This document shows positions 1-10,319 of a stretch of DNA of 64,000 nt, one piece after another; within the stretch, counting starts at the first letter, position 1, and each line of letters begins with the position of its first letter. Location: the IMG/VR virus record IMGVR_UViG_3300031867_000002, positions 1 to 64,000 of that record. One strand, given 5' to 3'. The notes beneath the pieces are model-generated. The model saw only the letters and a list, made by a program, of their open reading frames with translations, made no database searches and had not been told where the DNA came from. The stretch comes from a virus. Its lineage: Duplodnaviria; Caudoviricetes. Made by a program: the position numbers and the translations under genes.

Positions 1-711
1 AATAATAATCCTAATCAAAAAACAACTCCAGAAGCTGAACAAGAAAAAAAAGATGCAGCAAAAGTTGCAGAAGCTGAAAAGAATGCAAAAGAAGTTCCAA
101 AAGAAGAACAAACACCAGAAAAAGCGGCTGAAAGAGCTGAACAAGCTGAACTTGATGGTAATGGTGAATCATATAATTATTCTTTTTATAAAAATGATAC
201 AATTCTTAGTGAAATGAATATAGGTACTAACAGTTCATCTAATAATGATGCCCCTAAAGGCGCCACTGTAGCTGGAGGTGGTAATCCACAAGTTAATGCG
301 GCAAGTAAGGCTAATGAAAATATTAGTAAGCAAAATGTAAATAAACAACAAGCACAAGATGTAAACGTTTCTGGTGTTACAGATGAAAACAAAGATTCTA
401 TATCTAAAAAAGCAGAGGAGATGCTTAATAAAGATATAAATAATAGACAAGCTGAAGTTAATGCGGATGTAATGGTTTCGACAAGTATTACAAATAACTT
501 ATTTAATTCATTCAAATTAATCAATAAAGACTTCTTTTCAATTATTCAAGCACATGTTCAATGGTATCTTAGTAATCCTGGAGCTGAAAAACAGAGTGAG
601 AACATAACAACAAGAACTCATAGTCTTGATATGAACGCTACTACTGGTACTATAAATAAGAAACCTGCAGAAACACAACAAGCTCAACCATCTCCTCAAA
701 ATAATCAATAA
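1..711 (+). CDS. C-terminal part of a low-complexity (Q/N/E/K-rich) protein, probably a virion internal protein; 5' truncated by the window
   Basis: Frame 1 is open from base 1 (NNNPNQKTTPEAEQEKK...) into the listed 214-711 ORF; contains ILSE, a possible protease site. Confidence 0.6.
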   Translation, partial: NNNPNQKTTPEAEQEKKDAAKVAEAEKNAKEVPKEEQTPEKAAERAEQAELDGNGESYNYSFYKNDTILSEMNIGTNSSSNNDAPKGATVAGGGNPQVNAASKANENISKQNVNKQQAQDVNVSGVTDENKDSISKKAEEMLNKDINNRQAEVNADVMVSTSITNNLFNSFKLINKDFFSIIQAHVQWYLSNPGAEKQSENITTRTHSLDMNATTGTINKKPAETQQAQPSPQNNQ

Positions 712-718
712 AATTAAG

Positions 719-741
719 CAGGGTAGCATTTGGCTACCCTG
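719..741. terminator. Hairpin between convergent genes
   Basis: cagggtagc-atttg-gctaccctg inverted repeat. Confidence 0.7.
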
Positions 742-1951
742 TTTTATTTGACACTTTCTTAAATGATAATACTGTACTCATAATAAAGTTTTCATTCTGT
801 TTTATAAAGAGTTGTTTAGATTGGGTTAATATATATCTTCCATTATATTCATCATGTAATGGGTCTTTTATAATATACTCTTTGTTTATAGTAAATAACG
901 ATGCATCTAAATCATTCTTTACAATAGATAAAGTTATATTACTTGATTCTATATTGCTAGATATAGAATTTATAACATTTTTATCATTGTTAGATACATT
1001 CATTACTTTATTGATTATTCCTGTTATTTTAGCTTGATTATCCTCAATATCTCTTTCAAATACATCACCTTTAGAGTTTATAACAGTCACTTTATTAACT
1101 AGCTTATTAGTCACATGATTCTTATTATATTCTACTTTAGAAGCATCTATGCCAATAGTATATTTACCAGATACTATATCTACATAAGCTCCAGGTTCTT
1201 CAGATGTTTCTACATCAATCTCTTTAATATCTACTACTATTGTATATACATATTGATTTCTTGCTCGTATTGGATTACCAGCAGAAGATACTATATATGT
1301 AGCATCGAAATCTATAAAGAATCTATATTGAGTATCATAGAATACACCTAGATTATCGTTAAGATATCTGATATAATTAGATATAGAATCTAATGGCGGT
1401 ATAATAATCTGGTCATATGCTGTATCATATCTAATAGGTTCTAACAATACTTTACCAAGATAATTAGTAGTTTGTAATATCAAACTATTAGTAGATGCGT
1501 TATGATATACACCATTTATAGTTTGTCTATTATTGTTTATAGCATCTTGTTGAATTAAAAATAGATTTACTTCTTTATATTGAGTATTACCAGTCTTACT
1601 ATCTATACCATTAGGATTATCTATTTTATCAGTCTTAGATACGTCTTCATTTAGTATATAAATGAATCTATCATGAAAATACTTATCTGTAATATTATCA
1701 TTTTGATTAGTAGCATCATATTTATATATACCTAAAGTAACTATGTTGTTATCCATATTACGAATCATGTCATCTAATATATTCTTTTCTATAGAACCGA
1801 ATATAGATATGACGGGCATATTACAAGCATCAAAGTTCTTATCAATAAGTATATATTGTAATTGATTTGAATCTATCTCTACTTCTACATTAGAAGAGTT
1901 TATATACTTTAATACTATTCTATAATTATATTGTTCACCTCTACTAGCCAT
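734..1951 (-). CDS. Putative virion structural protein (possible baseplate hub-like)
   Basis: Start moved to MASRGEQ (GGAGGTG SD, AACT-N6-TA promoter 1966-1977); C-terminal NGRYILTQSKQLF is only reminiscent of hub proteins. Confidence 0.45.
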   Translation of the reverse strand: MASRGEQYNYRIVLKYINSSNVEVEIDSNQLQYILIDKNFDACNMPVISIFGSIEKNILDDMIRNMDNNIVTLGIYKYDATNQNDNITDKYFHDRFIYILNEDVSKTDKIDNPNGIDSKTGNTQYKEVNLFLIQQDAINNNRQTINGVYHNASTNSLILQTTNYLGKVLLEPIRYDTAYDQIIIPPLDSISNYIRYLNDNLGVFYDTQYRFFIDFDATYIVSSAGNPIRARNQYVYTIVVDIKEIDVETSEEPGAYVDIVSGKYTIGIDASKVEYNKNHVTNKLVNKVTVINSKGDVFERDIEDNQAKITGIINKVMNVSNNDKNVINSISSNIESSNITLSIVKNDLDASLFTINKEYIIKDPLHDEYNGRYILTQSKQLFIKQNENFIMSTVLSFKKVSNKTG

Positions 1952-1987
1952 AGTATCACCTCCATTATATGAAAGTTCAATAAGACA

Positions 1988-2070
1988 AAAAATAAGAGAG
2001 ATGACCGAAGCCATCTCTATTATTTTTCTGAAAGGGTTTAAAATATGCAATCTGTGCTTATAACTGCATT
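1988..2070 (-). ncRNA. Candidate small RNA (late promoter, anti-SD segment, UUCG terminator hairpin)
   Basis: AACT-ataaag-TA at 2070-2081; no ORF; hairpin 1997-2018 followed by a U-rich tract. Confidence 0.45.
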
Positions 2071-2082
2071 ACTTTATAGTTA

Positions 2083-3075
2083 TCACTCTAGTAAATAAAT
2101 ATAGTTCAATATATTATCTGGGTCGTTATTGAACTTGTTATCTAATAAAGATGCTAACTCTGTAATGTCACAATACTTTTTAATAGCCCAGGTATCGTCT
2201 AAGATTTCAGGAGATTCAGCATATGATAAAGCTTGTGTATTTAAATCACACATAACCCATCTAGCTTCTATACCCATTAATCCTGTAATCTCATCAAACT
2301 TTGCATATGGTGCATTATAACCTTGATAGAGATATCCTTTAGATATTAATTCTCTTACAGTATTAAGAGCTTTCTTATAAGGATACACTAATGGTAATCC
2401 GAGTTCTTTACATTTATTAAAAGCCATGATAACAGATATCAATCCAGGGTGTAAATCTGAACTCGGAGTTGTGTTACCAAACATCAAATCTATAGAGTTA
2501 TTACTTGTTACAATATACTTATGCTTTATACCTAATCTTAACATATAGCATCTTGTAAACAAAGCAGCTAGTTGATAAGCGTATACGTCATTACTTATAA
2601 CAAGTCTAGAAGGTGCATTATCGGTTATCTTACTTAATAGAAAAGATTGTATAATACATATTGGATTTACATTCTTTCTATAGATATAGTAGATATCTGG
2701 TAGATACTTACATAAAACTTCAAGTATTCTAAACATCTCTTCATTAGTTTCTAGATTGTGTATCTCACAAATGTTTCCTATTAGATTTACTTTAGAATTA
2801 ACGAGAAATACTCTTACTTGTGTTTTGAGAAGATTTCTGAAAAAATGACGATAGTGAGCTGCCATATTGAGTACGTTGACAGCGATAGTTTTTGTATCAC
2901 TACCTATAATTTCACTACTTAATACATCTTTATAGATAGATTGTATATCAATAAAGATATCTAATCCATGACCAATCATATCTTTAGTAGAAGGATTAGA
3001 ATTCAGCATTTGTTTTAATACGTCATAACGTACAAACTTATTATAGAGTATAGCTCTATTAATCATTATAATCAC
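2083..3075 (-). CDS. Putative PIN/FEN-like 5'-3' nuclease-fold protein
   Basis: IFIDIQS N-terminal acidic strand and LVISNDVYAYQL resemble the SxDxDxxQL motif of 5' nucleases. Confidence 0.45.
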   Translation of the reverse strand: MIIMINRAILYNKFVRYDVLKQMLNSNPSTKDMIGHGLDIFIDIQSIYKDVLSSEIIGSDTKTIAVNVLNMAAHYRHFFRNLLKTQVRVFLVNSKVNLIGNICEIHNLETNEEMFRILEVLCKYLPDIYYIYRKNVNPICIIQSFLLSKITDNAPSRLVISNDVYAYQLAALFTRCYMLRLGIKHKYIVTSNNSIDLMFGNTTPSSDLHPGLISVIMAFNKCKELGLPLVYPYKKALNTVRELISKGYLYQGYNAPYAKFDEITGLMGIEARWVMCDLNTQALSYAESPEILDDTWAIKKYCDITELASLLDNKFNNDPDNILNYIYLLE

Positions 3076-3914
3076 CTCTTAGTATTTCTAATCCATTCAA
3101 GACTTTCTTCGGTGTATCCATAAACAATAGTATTAACATAATCCCAGAATATCCAGGTACCACCCCATTGATTAGTTACTTTTGTTTGATTTGGAACAAA
3201 GGTAGATTTATCAGATAGAGTACCTGGTCCTTCTATTTTTACAAGGTCGCCAATATAGTCATGCTCTACAATACATAATGGAACTACTCTATTACCATTT
3301 ATAACATCTGTAACCCAAGATATAACTTCTTGGTCTTTAGATAATGCAGAGTTTCTATCCATAATATTAGTCTTAATTATATAATTATAGAAGTCATAGT
3401 CGGATTTATCATTGTGTCTATATCTAGTAAATTCATATAGGTTTAATAAAGCTGATAATCTATGCTTTACAGCTGCTTCATCTTTACCAACTCTACTACT
3501 CATACAATAAGCAATAGCTTTGATTTGAGCTTCTGTTAGATTATCTACACTACCAGCATATATATCTTCGCTAGTTGGTTTAGGTGTAGATTTGTCTCTT
3601 ATAAGATTATAAAGTTTTTCATTACAATTATTACATACTGTAGATAGCTTTATAATAGGACTTTCATTATCATTAAACTCTATGATATATTGTCTTCTAC
3701 AACAATCACATGTTTTGGTCATATTAGCGTGATGAGGGGTAGAAACTGGAAATTGTTTTAAAAGACATGTTTCAAATACACATCTTTTCTTAGACTCATC
3801 TCTATAGAGACAATTTTCTTCACAAGGTACGATGTCGACACCATCGTCGACATCGTAATTGGGAATAGCATTGTTATATTTTTTATTTGCTTGATTAGAA
3901 TCAAATACTCCCAT
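3072..3914 (-). CDS. Hypothetical protein with Cys-rich N-terminal region
   Basis: 280-aa ORF with SD; CxxC clusters (CDCC, CNNC). Confidence 0.7.
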   Translation of the reverse strand: MGVFDSNQANKKYNNAIPNYDVDDGVDIVPCEENCLYRDESKKRCVFETCLLKQFPVSTPHHANMTKTCDCCRRQYIIEFNDNESPIIKLSTVCNNCNEKLYNLIRDKSTPKPTSEDIYAGSVDNLTEAQIKAIAYCMSSRVGKDEAAVKHRLSALLNLYEFTRYRHNDKSDYDFYNYIIKTNIMDRNSALSKDQEVISWVTDVINGNRVVPLCIVEHDYIGDLVKIEGPGTLSDKSTFVPNQTKVTNQWGGTWIFWDYVNTIVYGYTEESLEWIRNTKR

Positions 3915-3915
3915 A

Positions 3916-4302
3916 TTAACCTCCTATTAAAGACTTAGGGTCATAGAAGTCATCCTCAAGAGTTCCAACTTCTTCATCAAATAATTCATCACCTTTTCCT
4001 AAAACAGAATTAAGACTCTTTCTAAAGTCATGACGTTCTTGAAGATGCGTAAGAATCTCTTTTGTGTTACCATATCCTAAATCAATGAATGCATTAATCG
4101 CATTTGCTGGTCCTTCATCAGACATAAAGGTACAACCCTTTGCTGCCTGTTCACCACCATCTGGTGTGTTTCGCCAACGACGAATCTCAAGATAGTCTTT
4201 GTCACCATCTCCCCAACGAATCTTTCTAAGTGCGGTAAATTGATTACCCTGTTCTTCAAGAGTATAATCGATATTATCAATGATTGAATACTTAAAATCC
4301 AT
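3916..4302 (-). CDS. PC4/YdbC-like single-stranded DNA-binding protein
   Basis: ALRKIRWG...YLEIRRW...KGCTF matches the YdbC/PC4 pattern (LxxxSW...YDIRxW...KGITL). Confidence 0.65.
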   Translation of the reverse strand: MDFKYSIIDNIDYTLEEQGNQFTALRKIRWGDGDKDYLEIRRWRNTPDGGEQAAKGCTFMSDEGPANAINAFIDLGYGNTKEILTHLQERHDFRKSLNSVLGKGDELFDEEVGTLEDDFYDPKSLIGG

Positions 4303-4368
4303 ATAAATTCCTCCTTAATATAAAAAAGACAGATGTGGGTAAAACCACATCTGTCTTAGCTTAGACTA

Positions 4369-5229
4369 TCAGTTATTAGAGAAAGAGACACCACTTTCAG
4401 CACTCAATTTACGACGTCTAGCTTTACTGTAACGATGGATTTCCATAAGTTCATCCATATTATTAATCTTCTTACTCTTAGTAGATAATGCAAAGATATA
4501 CTTGTTTCTATTTTCTGCAGTGCAGCAAAGTGTAGAAAGTACTTTCTCAGCATCAAGATAGATATATGCAATAATGTTATTGTATTGAATTCCGTTATAT
4601 CCAGCTTGTCTACTATTTCTAATATCATAATTTTCTCCACGAATCCATTTTCTCTTCTTATTACCAGGAGAGTAATAGAGAAGAGTTGTAAGACGTGCTT
4701 TAGCTTCTTTTGTAATGCTAGCATATTTGCAAGCATCAGAATTGCTCATATTCTGATTGTTAACAAGTGACATAAATGTTTCTGCAACACCACTTGGATT
4801 AGATGCAGGGTCAAAAGTACTTGTTACAGCTCTATAAATTTCTTCAGGACTATCATCCTTAGCAGCTTTGAACTGGTCTTCTGTAAGGAATCTAAATTCT
4901 GTAACGAACATCCACTTGTTATATTTTGTGGAATATTCAAGGTGAGCAGCATAGCAGTCAACAAACAGCTTCTGCATAATACCAAGAAGTGCATTGTTAA
5001 TTTTGCTACGTTCTTTGAAATCCGACATATGATAAACACAGTCGGGTGCATGATTGAAGAGAATGAGTTCATCCTCTTCGAGCTGAATATCATGGACTTT
5101 GAATTCTTCGTCCTTATCAGCTTCACCGAGACTTGATTCGATATAAGCTTCGCCTCCACGAATCATACTCTTCTTGAGATTTCTAAGGTTCTTTACGAGT
5201 TCCTCAGTTTGATTATTATAGTTCGACAT
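4369..5229 (-). CDS. Hypothetical early protein
   Basis: 286-aa ORF, AAGGAGG SD, early-type promoter with stem-loop at 5263-5306, terminator about 4328-4356. Confidence 0.8.
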   Translation of the reverse strand: MSNYNNQTEELVKNLRNLKKSMIRGGEAYIESSLGEADKDEEFKVHDIQLEEDELILFNHAPDCVYHMSDFKERSKINNALLGIMQKLFVDCYAAHLEYSTKYNKWMFVTEFRFLTEDQFKAAKDDSPEEIYRAVTSTFDPASNPSGVAETFMSLVNNQNMSNSDACKYASITKEAKARLTTLLYYSPGNKKRKWIRGENYDIRNSRQAGYNGIQYNNIIAYIYLDAEKVLSTLCCTAENRNKYIFALSTKSKKINNMDELMEIHRYSKARRRKLSAESGVSFSNN

Positions 5230-5318
5230 AAATAATTCCTCCTTAAGGATAATATAGTTTGTATTAAAGAGCGTCGACTCTCTTTAATCACGAAAATAAT
5301 ATACAACCGATATTGGGT

Positions 5319-6092
5319 TTACCCAAGCATAAATTGAACTATGTCGATATTCTCTTTCATGGCTTGCATTGATTCTACAGCTATTCTGGTTGTATCAATA
5401 ACGTAAAGCACTATGAAATACTTATCTTTATCTTCATCATAGATTAAGAAGTATTTCATATTTACGTTATCTATATTAACGCTATCATCAAACTCATATA
5501 CTTCATATGAAAGAATGTATGTGTTTAAATATTCTTCTGCTTTATCAAAAACAGAATCTGGTAACTTAGCATTATTATTAACAACTTCTTCCATGTCAAT
5601 ATTATCATATTGACTAATCTGCATTACATAAGCTCGTCTAGATGACATATATGAAAAATACATTCTCCATATAGTATCTAAGTCTTCCGATAACGGTTGG
5701 TAAAGGTTATTGAGTTTCAATATATAGTTAACCGTTTTATCAAATACAGCTTTTCTCATATATCTATACACTCTAAAGACTATACCAAATTCAGCATGAT
5801 GATTAACTAACCAATTTTTTATATACTCATTAAATAATAAAAGTATATGAGATACATCTCCTAATAGCATATCAAATCCAGCAATAGCAAACGGTAAACT
5901 ATCACTGAAAAGTGTATATTCATTGTCAAGCTCATTCTTATCAATGGTATGAAGTTCAAATGTTTCTTCATCCATAAATATAGCTGTATCGTTATCATTT
6001 AGTTTTACTAATGATAAGATTCTATAATCTTCATCTGTTTCAAATTTATAAAATCTCATTCCAAGTTCCATTGTTTCGTTTCTAAATTTCAT
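5319..6092 (-). CDS. Hypothetical protein
   Basis: 257-aa ORF with SD, downstream of dcd. Confidence 0.75.
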   Translation of the reverse strand: MKFRNETMELGMRFYKFETDEDYRILSLVKLNDNDTAIFMDEETFELHTIDKNELDNEYTLFSDSLPFAIAGFDMLLGDVSHILLLFNEYIKNWLVNHHAEFGIVFRVYRYMRKAVFDKTVNYILKLNNLYQPLSEDLDTIWRMYFSYMSSRRAYVMQISQYDNIDMEEVVNNNAKLPDSVFDKAEEYLNTYILSYEVYEFDDSVNIDNVNMKYFLIYDEDKDKYFIVLYVIDTTRIAVESMQAMKENIDIVQFMLG

Positions 6093-6106
6093 ATCTATCT
6101 CTCCTA

Positions 6107-6658
6107 TTATACACTATAGTGGTAACCATCAATCTTTCTAGAATCGATGTTAACCTTAGATTCTGTTGGCTCTATTTGACCTTGATATCTACCTGAATAT
6201 AGAAAATCTACTTTGCCATCAGGTTTCTCAAAGTATACTTGTGCTACAGGATAACCAGCATATACTCTAACTGGTTGTACTACAGTGATTTCCAATGTGT
6301 ATGTTCCTTGAAAACCGATATCTCCAAATCCAGCTGTAAGATGAATTTGCATACCTAATCTACCAATAGAACTTCTTCCATCAATAGCAGATATGTATTT
6401 ATCAGAGCCTATTATTTCTTTAGTAGCTCCAATATAAAGAGTATCAGGTAATAGTACAAAACCTTCTTTAGGAATAACAATTTCATTATAACACTTGTTA
6501 TCTTGTTTAAGGTCTAGTATAGCACCTCTCTCATAAACCTTTAATCTATCTCCTAATCTTACATTATAAGAGTTAGGATTTAGCTGTTCAATATTAAAAG
6601 GTTCAATGATAATATTATTCTTCTTAACCTGTTTAAGAATTTCATGTCCAGTAAGCAT
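6107..6658 (-). CDS. dcd: dCTP deaminase (possibly bifunctional dCTP deaminase/dUTPase)
   Basis: LNPNSYNVRLG, DGRSSIGRLG, AGFGDIGFQGTYTLEI and YSGRYQGQ motifs. Confidence 0.92.
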   Translation of the reverse strand: MLTGHEILKQVKKNNIIIEPFNIEQLNPNSYNVRLGDRLKVYERGAILDLKQDNKCYNEIVIPKEGFVLLPDTLYIGATKEIIGSDKYISAIDGRSSIGRLGMQIHLTAGFGDIGFQGTYTLEITVVQPVRVYAGYPVAQVYFEKPDGKVDFLYSGRYQGQIEPTESKVNIDSRKIDGYHYSV

Positions 6659-6720
6659 TGTTCATAATCCCTCCTTGCTGCGTACATTGATTACTTATAT
6701 GTTTACGATATTATAAATTT

Positions 6721-6757
6721 GTAAAAGTTTAATAGGTTCTTTATATATAATTATAGT
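6721..6757 (+). promoter_or_regulatory. Early-type phage promoter (representative copy: GTAAAAGTT...TATATATAAT...GTG)
   Basis: The GTAAAAGTT form recurs at about 38606, 39985, 40571 and 42721; the core TATAT(A/T)AT recurs at about 13410, 22047 and 42166 (+) and about 5300, 15835, 30868, 35543, 52972, 57117 and 58720 (-). Confidence 0.7.
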
Positions 6758-6773
6758 GAAAGGAGGTGATAAT

Positions 6774-7064
6774 ATGAAAGTAAAATTTCATAAAATAATA
6801 GACACTGATTTATGCACAGCACAGATATACATTTCTATTATTAATATCAACAAAGTTGAAGAGTTTCATGTTATATATATTGAGGACGTGGAACCCGAAC
6901 TCATCGACGAGGAAGAAATAAAGTACCAATTAAACTGCGCTTTATGCGCAGGTGAATTATCAGAAGAATGGTACTATTCACTCGAAGATGCTATCGAAGA
7001 TAACAACTTAGATGGCATCGAAGAAATAGTTACTGGTCTTGAAGGCCAAGAATTAGATATCTAA
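6774..7064 (+). CDS. Hypothetical acidic protein in a stand-alone early cassette
   Basis: AGGAGGTG SD; own promoter and terminator. Confidence 0.75.
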   Translation: MKVKFHKIIDTDLCTAQIYISIININKVEEFHVIYIEDVEPELIDEEEIKYQLNCALCAGELSEEWYYSLEDAIEDNNLDGIEEIVTGLEGQELDI

Positions 7065-7069
7065 TAATA

Positions 7070-7104
7070 AAAAGAAGGCGGGACTTTACATCCCGCCTTC
7101 TTTT
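7070..7104. terminator. Bidirectional intrinsic terminator
   Basis: aaaagaaggcggga-ctttaca-tcccgccttctttt. Confidence 0.85.
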
Positions 7105-10100
7105 TTATATCATACTAGCAATAGCTTTCATAGAATACTTTAATGTATTAGCTGTAATCTTAATTGAATTGTCAGAGAATGGAGTAGAGTTATAATAGTC
7201 TGAGAAGTTAAATCCTTTCTCTGCTTTCATTACATATTCTAGATTGAGCTTAAATACATTTAAACAAGTAGCTCTGTGGTCTATGAGTTCTTTATATTGG
7301 TCATTAGTAAGTTTCTTTTTTAGTTTCTTTTCAATAGAATCGTTTATGAACCAAAGCTTAGCAAGTTCATATTTCATACCTTCAATATTGTTAGTATTTC
7401 GATATGACTCTAATAACTTTACAGAATCATCAATTTCATCACCATAAGTGATAGAACCTATACGAGCCTTATAGATAATGAGATTACCGTCTTGGTCGAA
7501 TTCTACTGGGAATTGTTTTACTTCATTAAGTATAGAAGTTGATTCTCCTATATGAGTTTTAAAGTAATTAAGTTCTTTCCAATTATCCATATAAAAATCT
7601 TGTTGCCACCAGCTTTTATGTCTATTAGCAACAGTCTTTAATATATTTATAAAAGTATCATTTTTATCTATACCTGTTTGTATGGTGCGTTTCTCTCTGC
7701 GAAATTCTGTTTTGAGAGGACCATTCATTTTTATAATAACTGGATATTTAGATATCTTTGTTATCATAGTGTCTTTAGAACACATAGCAATTTGTACACC
7801 TTCTATAACGAATCTTTTATTTTTATGTGTATTAGTATATTTGATTATATATTCAAAGAAATCATTGAATTGTTTTGGACATTCAGTTTCATTAGATACT
7901 ATATCTTTCCATCTAACTTCATCTAAATCGTTTACATAAGAAAAGATATTAGTAAGACCACCTTTAGATTTAATATAATCATCCATAAGTGTAGAACCAG
8001 TATGGTCCCAGTTATCCATTTTAGCTCTTTGAAGATTATCCAGTTCTACATGTTCTATGTTATTTCCAGATATCTCTTTAGCTATAGTAGATTTTCCAGA
8101 GCCAGATAATCCAGTAACCCATAATACATTAGATTTACCAGACTCCCAATCCTCTATATTATGATATATGTCATTAGATTCTGCAGAATCTAAATCAGAT
8201 ATACCCTCTGTAATAGTTTCTTCATCAAAATCTAATAAACCTTTCATAGACCTGGCAGATATGGCTTTCTTTTTCATCTCGGCTTTCTTCTTTTCATCTT
8301 TGGTAAGATGACTTAAAGCATCATATGTTTTAGCAGTCAGTTCTAAATCCATATCAGCTTTCTTACTTCTAATCTTATCTGTTAATTTAGACTCATTGAT
8401 AGAAGCGACTCCTTTTTCTAAGAGTTTATTCATTTTCTTATCTACCTTAACACTATCATATTTATCTGCTGGTCCAGAATATACTTCGATAATCTTATTA
8501 GGCATAGACTTGGTAGCATTATATAATTCTGCTGGAGATGGCACATTAGCATCTTTATCTAACGTTACTTTACCAGACTTAAGTACAGTATCAACAAATG
8601 TAGAGCATATTTGATGATATTTATCGTTTACCACTCTAGCATTCTTATTGATTAGCTTATTAAAGATAATACCAAAGTCATATACAGTTTTCTTAGCATT
8701 GATATAATAATCCATAACGGTATCTTTCATTGTGTTATAAATATCTGTAGGAGCAAAGAATGCCATTACTGTAATGATATTATCTTTATAACCAGATAGA
8801 GTTTCTTTTACTACACCAGGTTTTGGTACCATATTATATGTGTGTACAGTATCTAATTTTGAATCAAAAGATATACCAGCATGTGAGAATGGCGAATTAG
8901 TAACCTTTTTAATAGTAGTTGATACAATAGGAGCTTTACCTTGTACAAATACCATATAGATAGGTTGATGTGTGTCTTTAGATGCATTTTCTGTAACAGG
9001 TTCATCTGTTATAGCTTCATCTGGAACTTCTTTATCAAGATTAATAAAGAGATTCATTGGACTAGATTTATCTAATAGCTTAGATACACGTTTAGATGCT
9101 AGTTGTCTATTACGTCTAGTAAATGGAATCTCTGGATTCCAACCTAAATCAAGAATAGATTGTTTGCGAGCAAGAATTTTTCCTTCATTACCAGACTCTT
9201 TAATTTCTTTAAAGTCTGAATATAAATAGTCTAATGTATCAATCCAATCTTTAGTATAGTCTTCAAATATATGGTCCATGCACATATCTTTATATGAATC
9301 GAACCATGTTGGTATTCTCACATTTGTAATAAGACCATCATTGTCAGCATCTTTACAATAATAATTATGATTACCGTGTACACCCATATCAATTAACTCA
9401 CTTGGAGTAAAATAAGGTGTATCATTAAGTCTTCTATGTTGAAGTTTAGAATTTGATTCTTGTTCATTAACAACTTGCATGTTTTTATATACTTCTGACA
9501 CAAATTCTCCTAAATGTTGTTCAGAAGAATTAGAACCGAAGTCTAATTGTGGAGTTATGTTATCTAATAATGTAGATTTGATAGAATTATATCTTTCAAC
9601 ATTAGATACACCATATATTTCTCTACATTTATCATCTGACTTTTTTCTATGCTCCTGAGATTGAGAATTCCAGTTTATAAAGGCTTTATCTAGATTAGAT
9701 AGCTTTTCTTCAGGTGTTTCTCCTTTTATTCTTCCTATAATATTGATATTTGTGTCAATTTCAAACTGGTCTGCTTCATCATCTTTAGAATCGAATATAT
9801 ATTTCTTTTTAAGACCAAGTGCATACTTCTCATTTTCTATATATTCTTTTCCATCGGTAGGAATTTCTGATTCTTCTTTCACAGGTTCAGAAATTTCATT
9901 ATCATCATCAGGAATTTCAAAATCATCAAAAGACATATTGACAAGATTAGTTGTATCGTCATCTTTTACTTCTTCATCGTCTTCTGGTTCATATTCTATA
10001 GAATTTGGTTCTTCATTATCATCAATTTCTAATGTATTCTTTAGATTATCAAGTAATTCAGCTTTTAATGCTTCATAATGCTCTTGATTAGTCATATTCC

Positions 10101-10272
10101 AGATTTGAACTGACCTATCATCACTTAATCTTTGTTGTCTTGTAGTAAGAGTAGCATTAAAGAGTTCCCATTGACGTTCTAGTTCTTCTAAATCATCAGT
10201 ATCTTTGATAATTATATAGTTAGTATCTCGCATAAACTTATTAGCTAAGATATTCTTGTACTCTTCAATCAT
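7105..10272 (-). CDS. Multidomain putative virion (ejection) protein: N-terminal internal repeat, permuted papain-like NlpC/P60 domain, P-loop kinase domain
   Basis: TNSPFSHAGISFD...YD...QICSTFV (His before Cys, permuted papain); VLWVTGLSGSGKST...VELD...FVIEG; late promoter 10298-10309. Confidence 0.7.
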   Translation of the reverse strand: MIEEYKNILANKFMRDTNYIIIKDTDDLEELERQWELFNATLTTRQQRLSDDRSVQIWNMTNQEHYEALKAELLDNLKNTLEIDDNEEPNSIEYEPEDDEEVKDDDTTNLVNMSFDDFEIPDDDNEISEPVKEESEIPTDGKEYIENEKYALGLKKKYIFDSKDDEADQFEIDTNINIIGRIKGETPEEKLSNLDKAFINWNSQSQEHRKKSDDKCREIYGVSNVERYNSIKSTLLDNITPQLDFGSNSSEQHLGEFVSEVYKNMQVVNEQESNSKLQHRRLNDTPYFTPSELIDMGVHGNHNYYCKDADNDGLITNVRIPTWFDSYKDMCMDHIFEDYTKDWIDTLDYLYSDFKEIKESGNEGKILARKQSILDLGWNPEIPFTRRNRQLASKRVSKLLDKSSPMNLFINLDKEVPDEAITDEPVTENASKDTHQPIYMVFVQGKAPIVSTTIKKVTNSPFSHAGISFDSKLDTVHTYNMVPKPGVVKETLSGYKDNIITVMAFFAPTDIYNTMKDTVMDYYINAKKTVYDFGIIFNKLINKNARVVNDKYHQICSTFVDTVLKSGKVTLDKDANVPSPAELYNATKSMPNKIIEVYSGPADKYDSVKVDKKMNKLLEKGVASINESKLTDKIRSKKADMDLELTAKTYDALSHLTKDEKKKAEMKKKAISARSMKGLLDFDEETITEGISDLDSAESNDIYHNIEDWESGKSNVLWVTGLSGSGKSTIAKEISGNNIEHVELDNLQRAKMDNWDHTGSTLMDDYIKSKGGLTNIFSYVNDLDEVRWKDIVSNETECPKQFNDFFEYIIKYTNTHKNKRFVIEGVQIAMCSKDTMITKISKYPVIIKMNGPLKTEFRREKRTIQTGIDKNDTFINILKTVANRHKSWWQQDFYMDNWKELNYFKTHIGESTSILNEVKQFPVEFDQDGNLIIYKARIGSITYGDEIDDSVKLLESYRNTNNIEGMKYELAKLWFINDSIEKKLKKKLTNDQYKELIDHRATCLNVFKLNLEYVMKAEKGFNFSDYYNSTPFSDNSIKITANTLKYSMKAIASMI

Positions 10273-10319
10273 ATAGACACTCCTTTCATAGAATTATTAC
10301 TAATTTGTTCAAAATAGGA

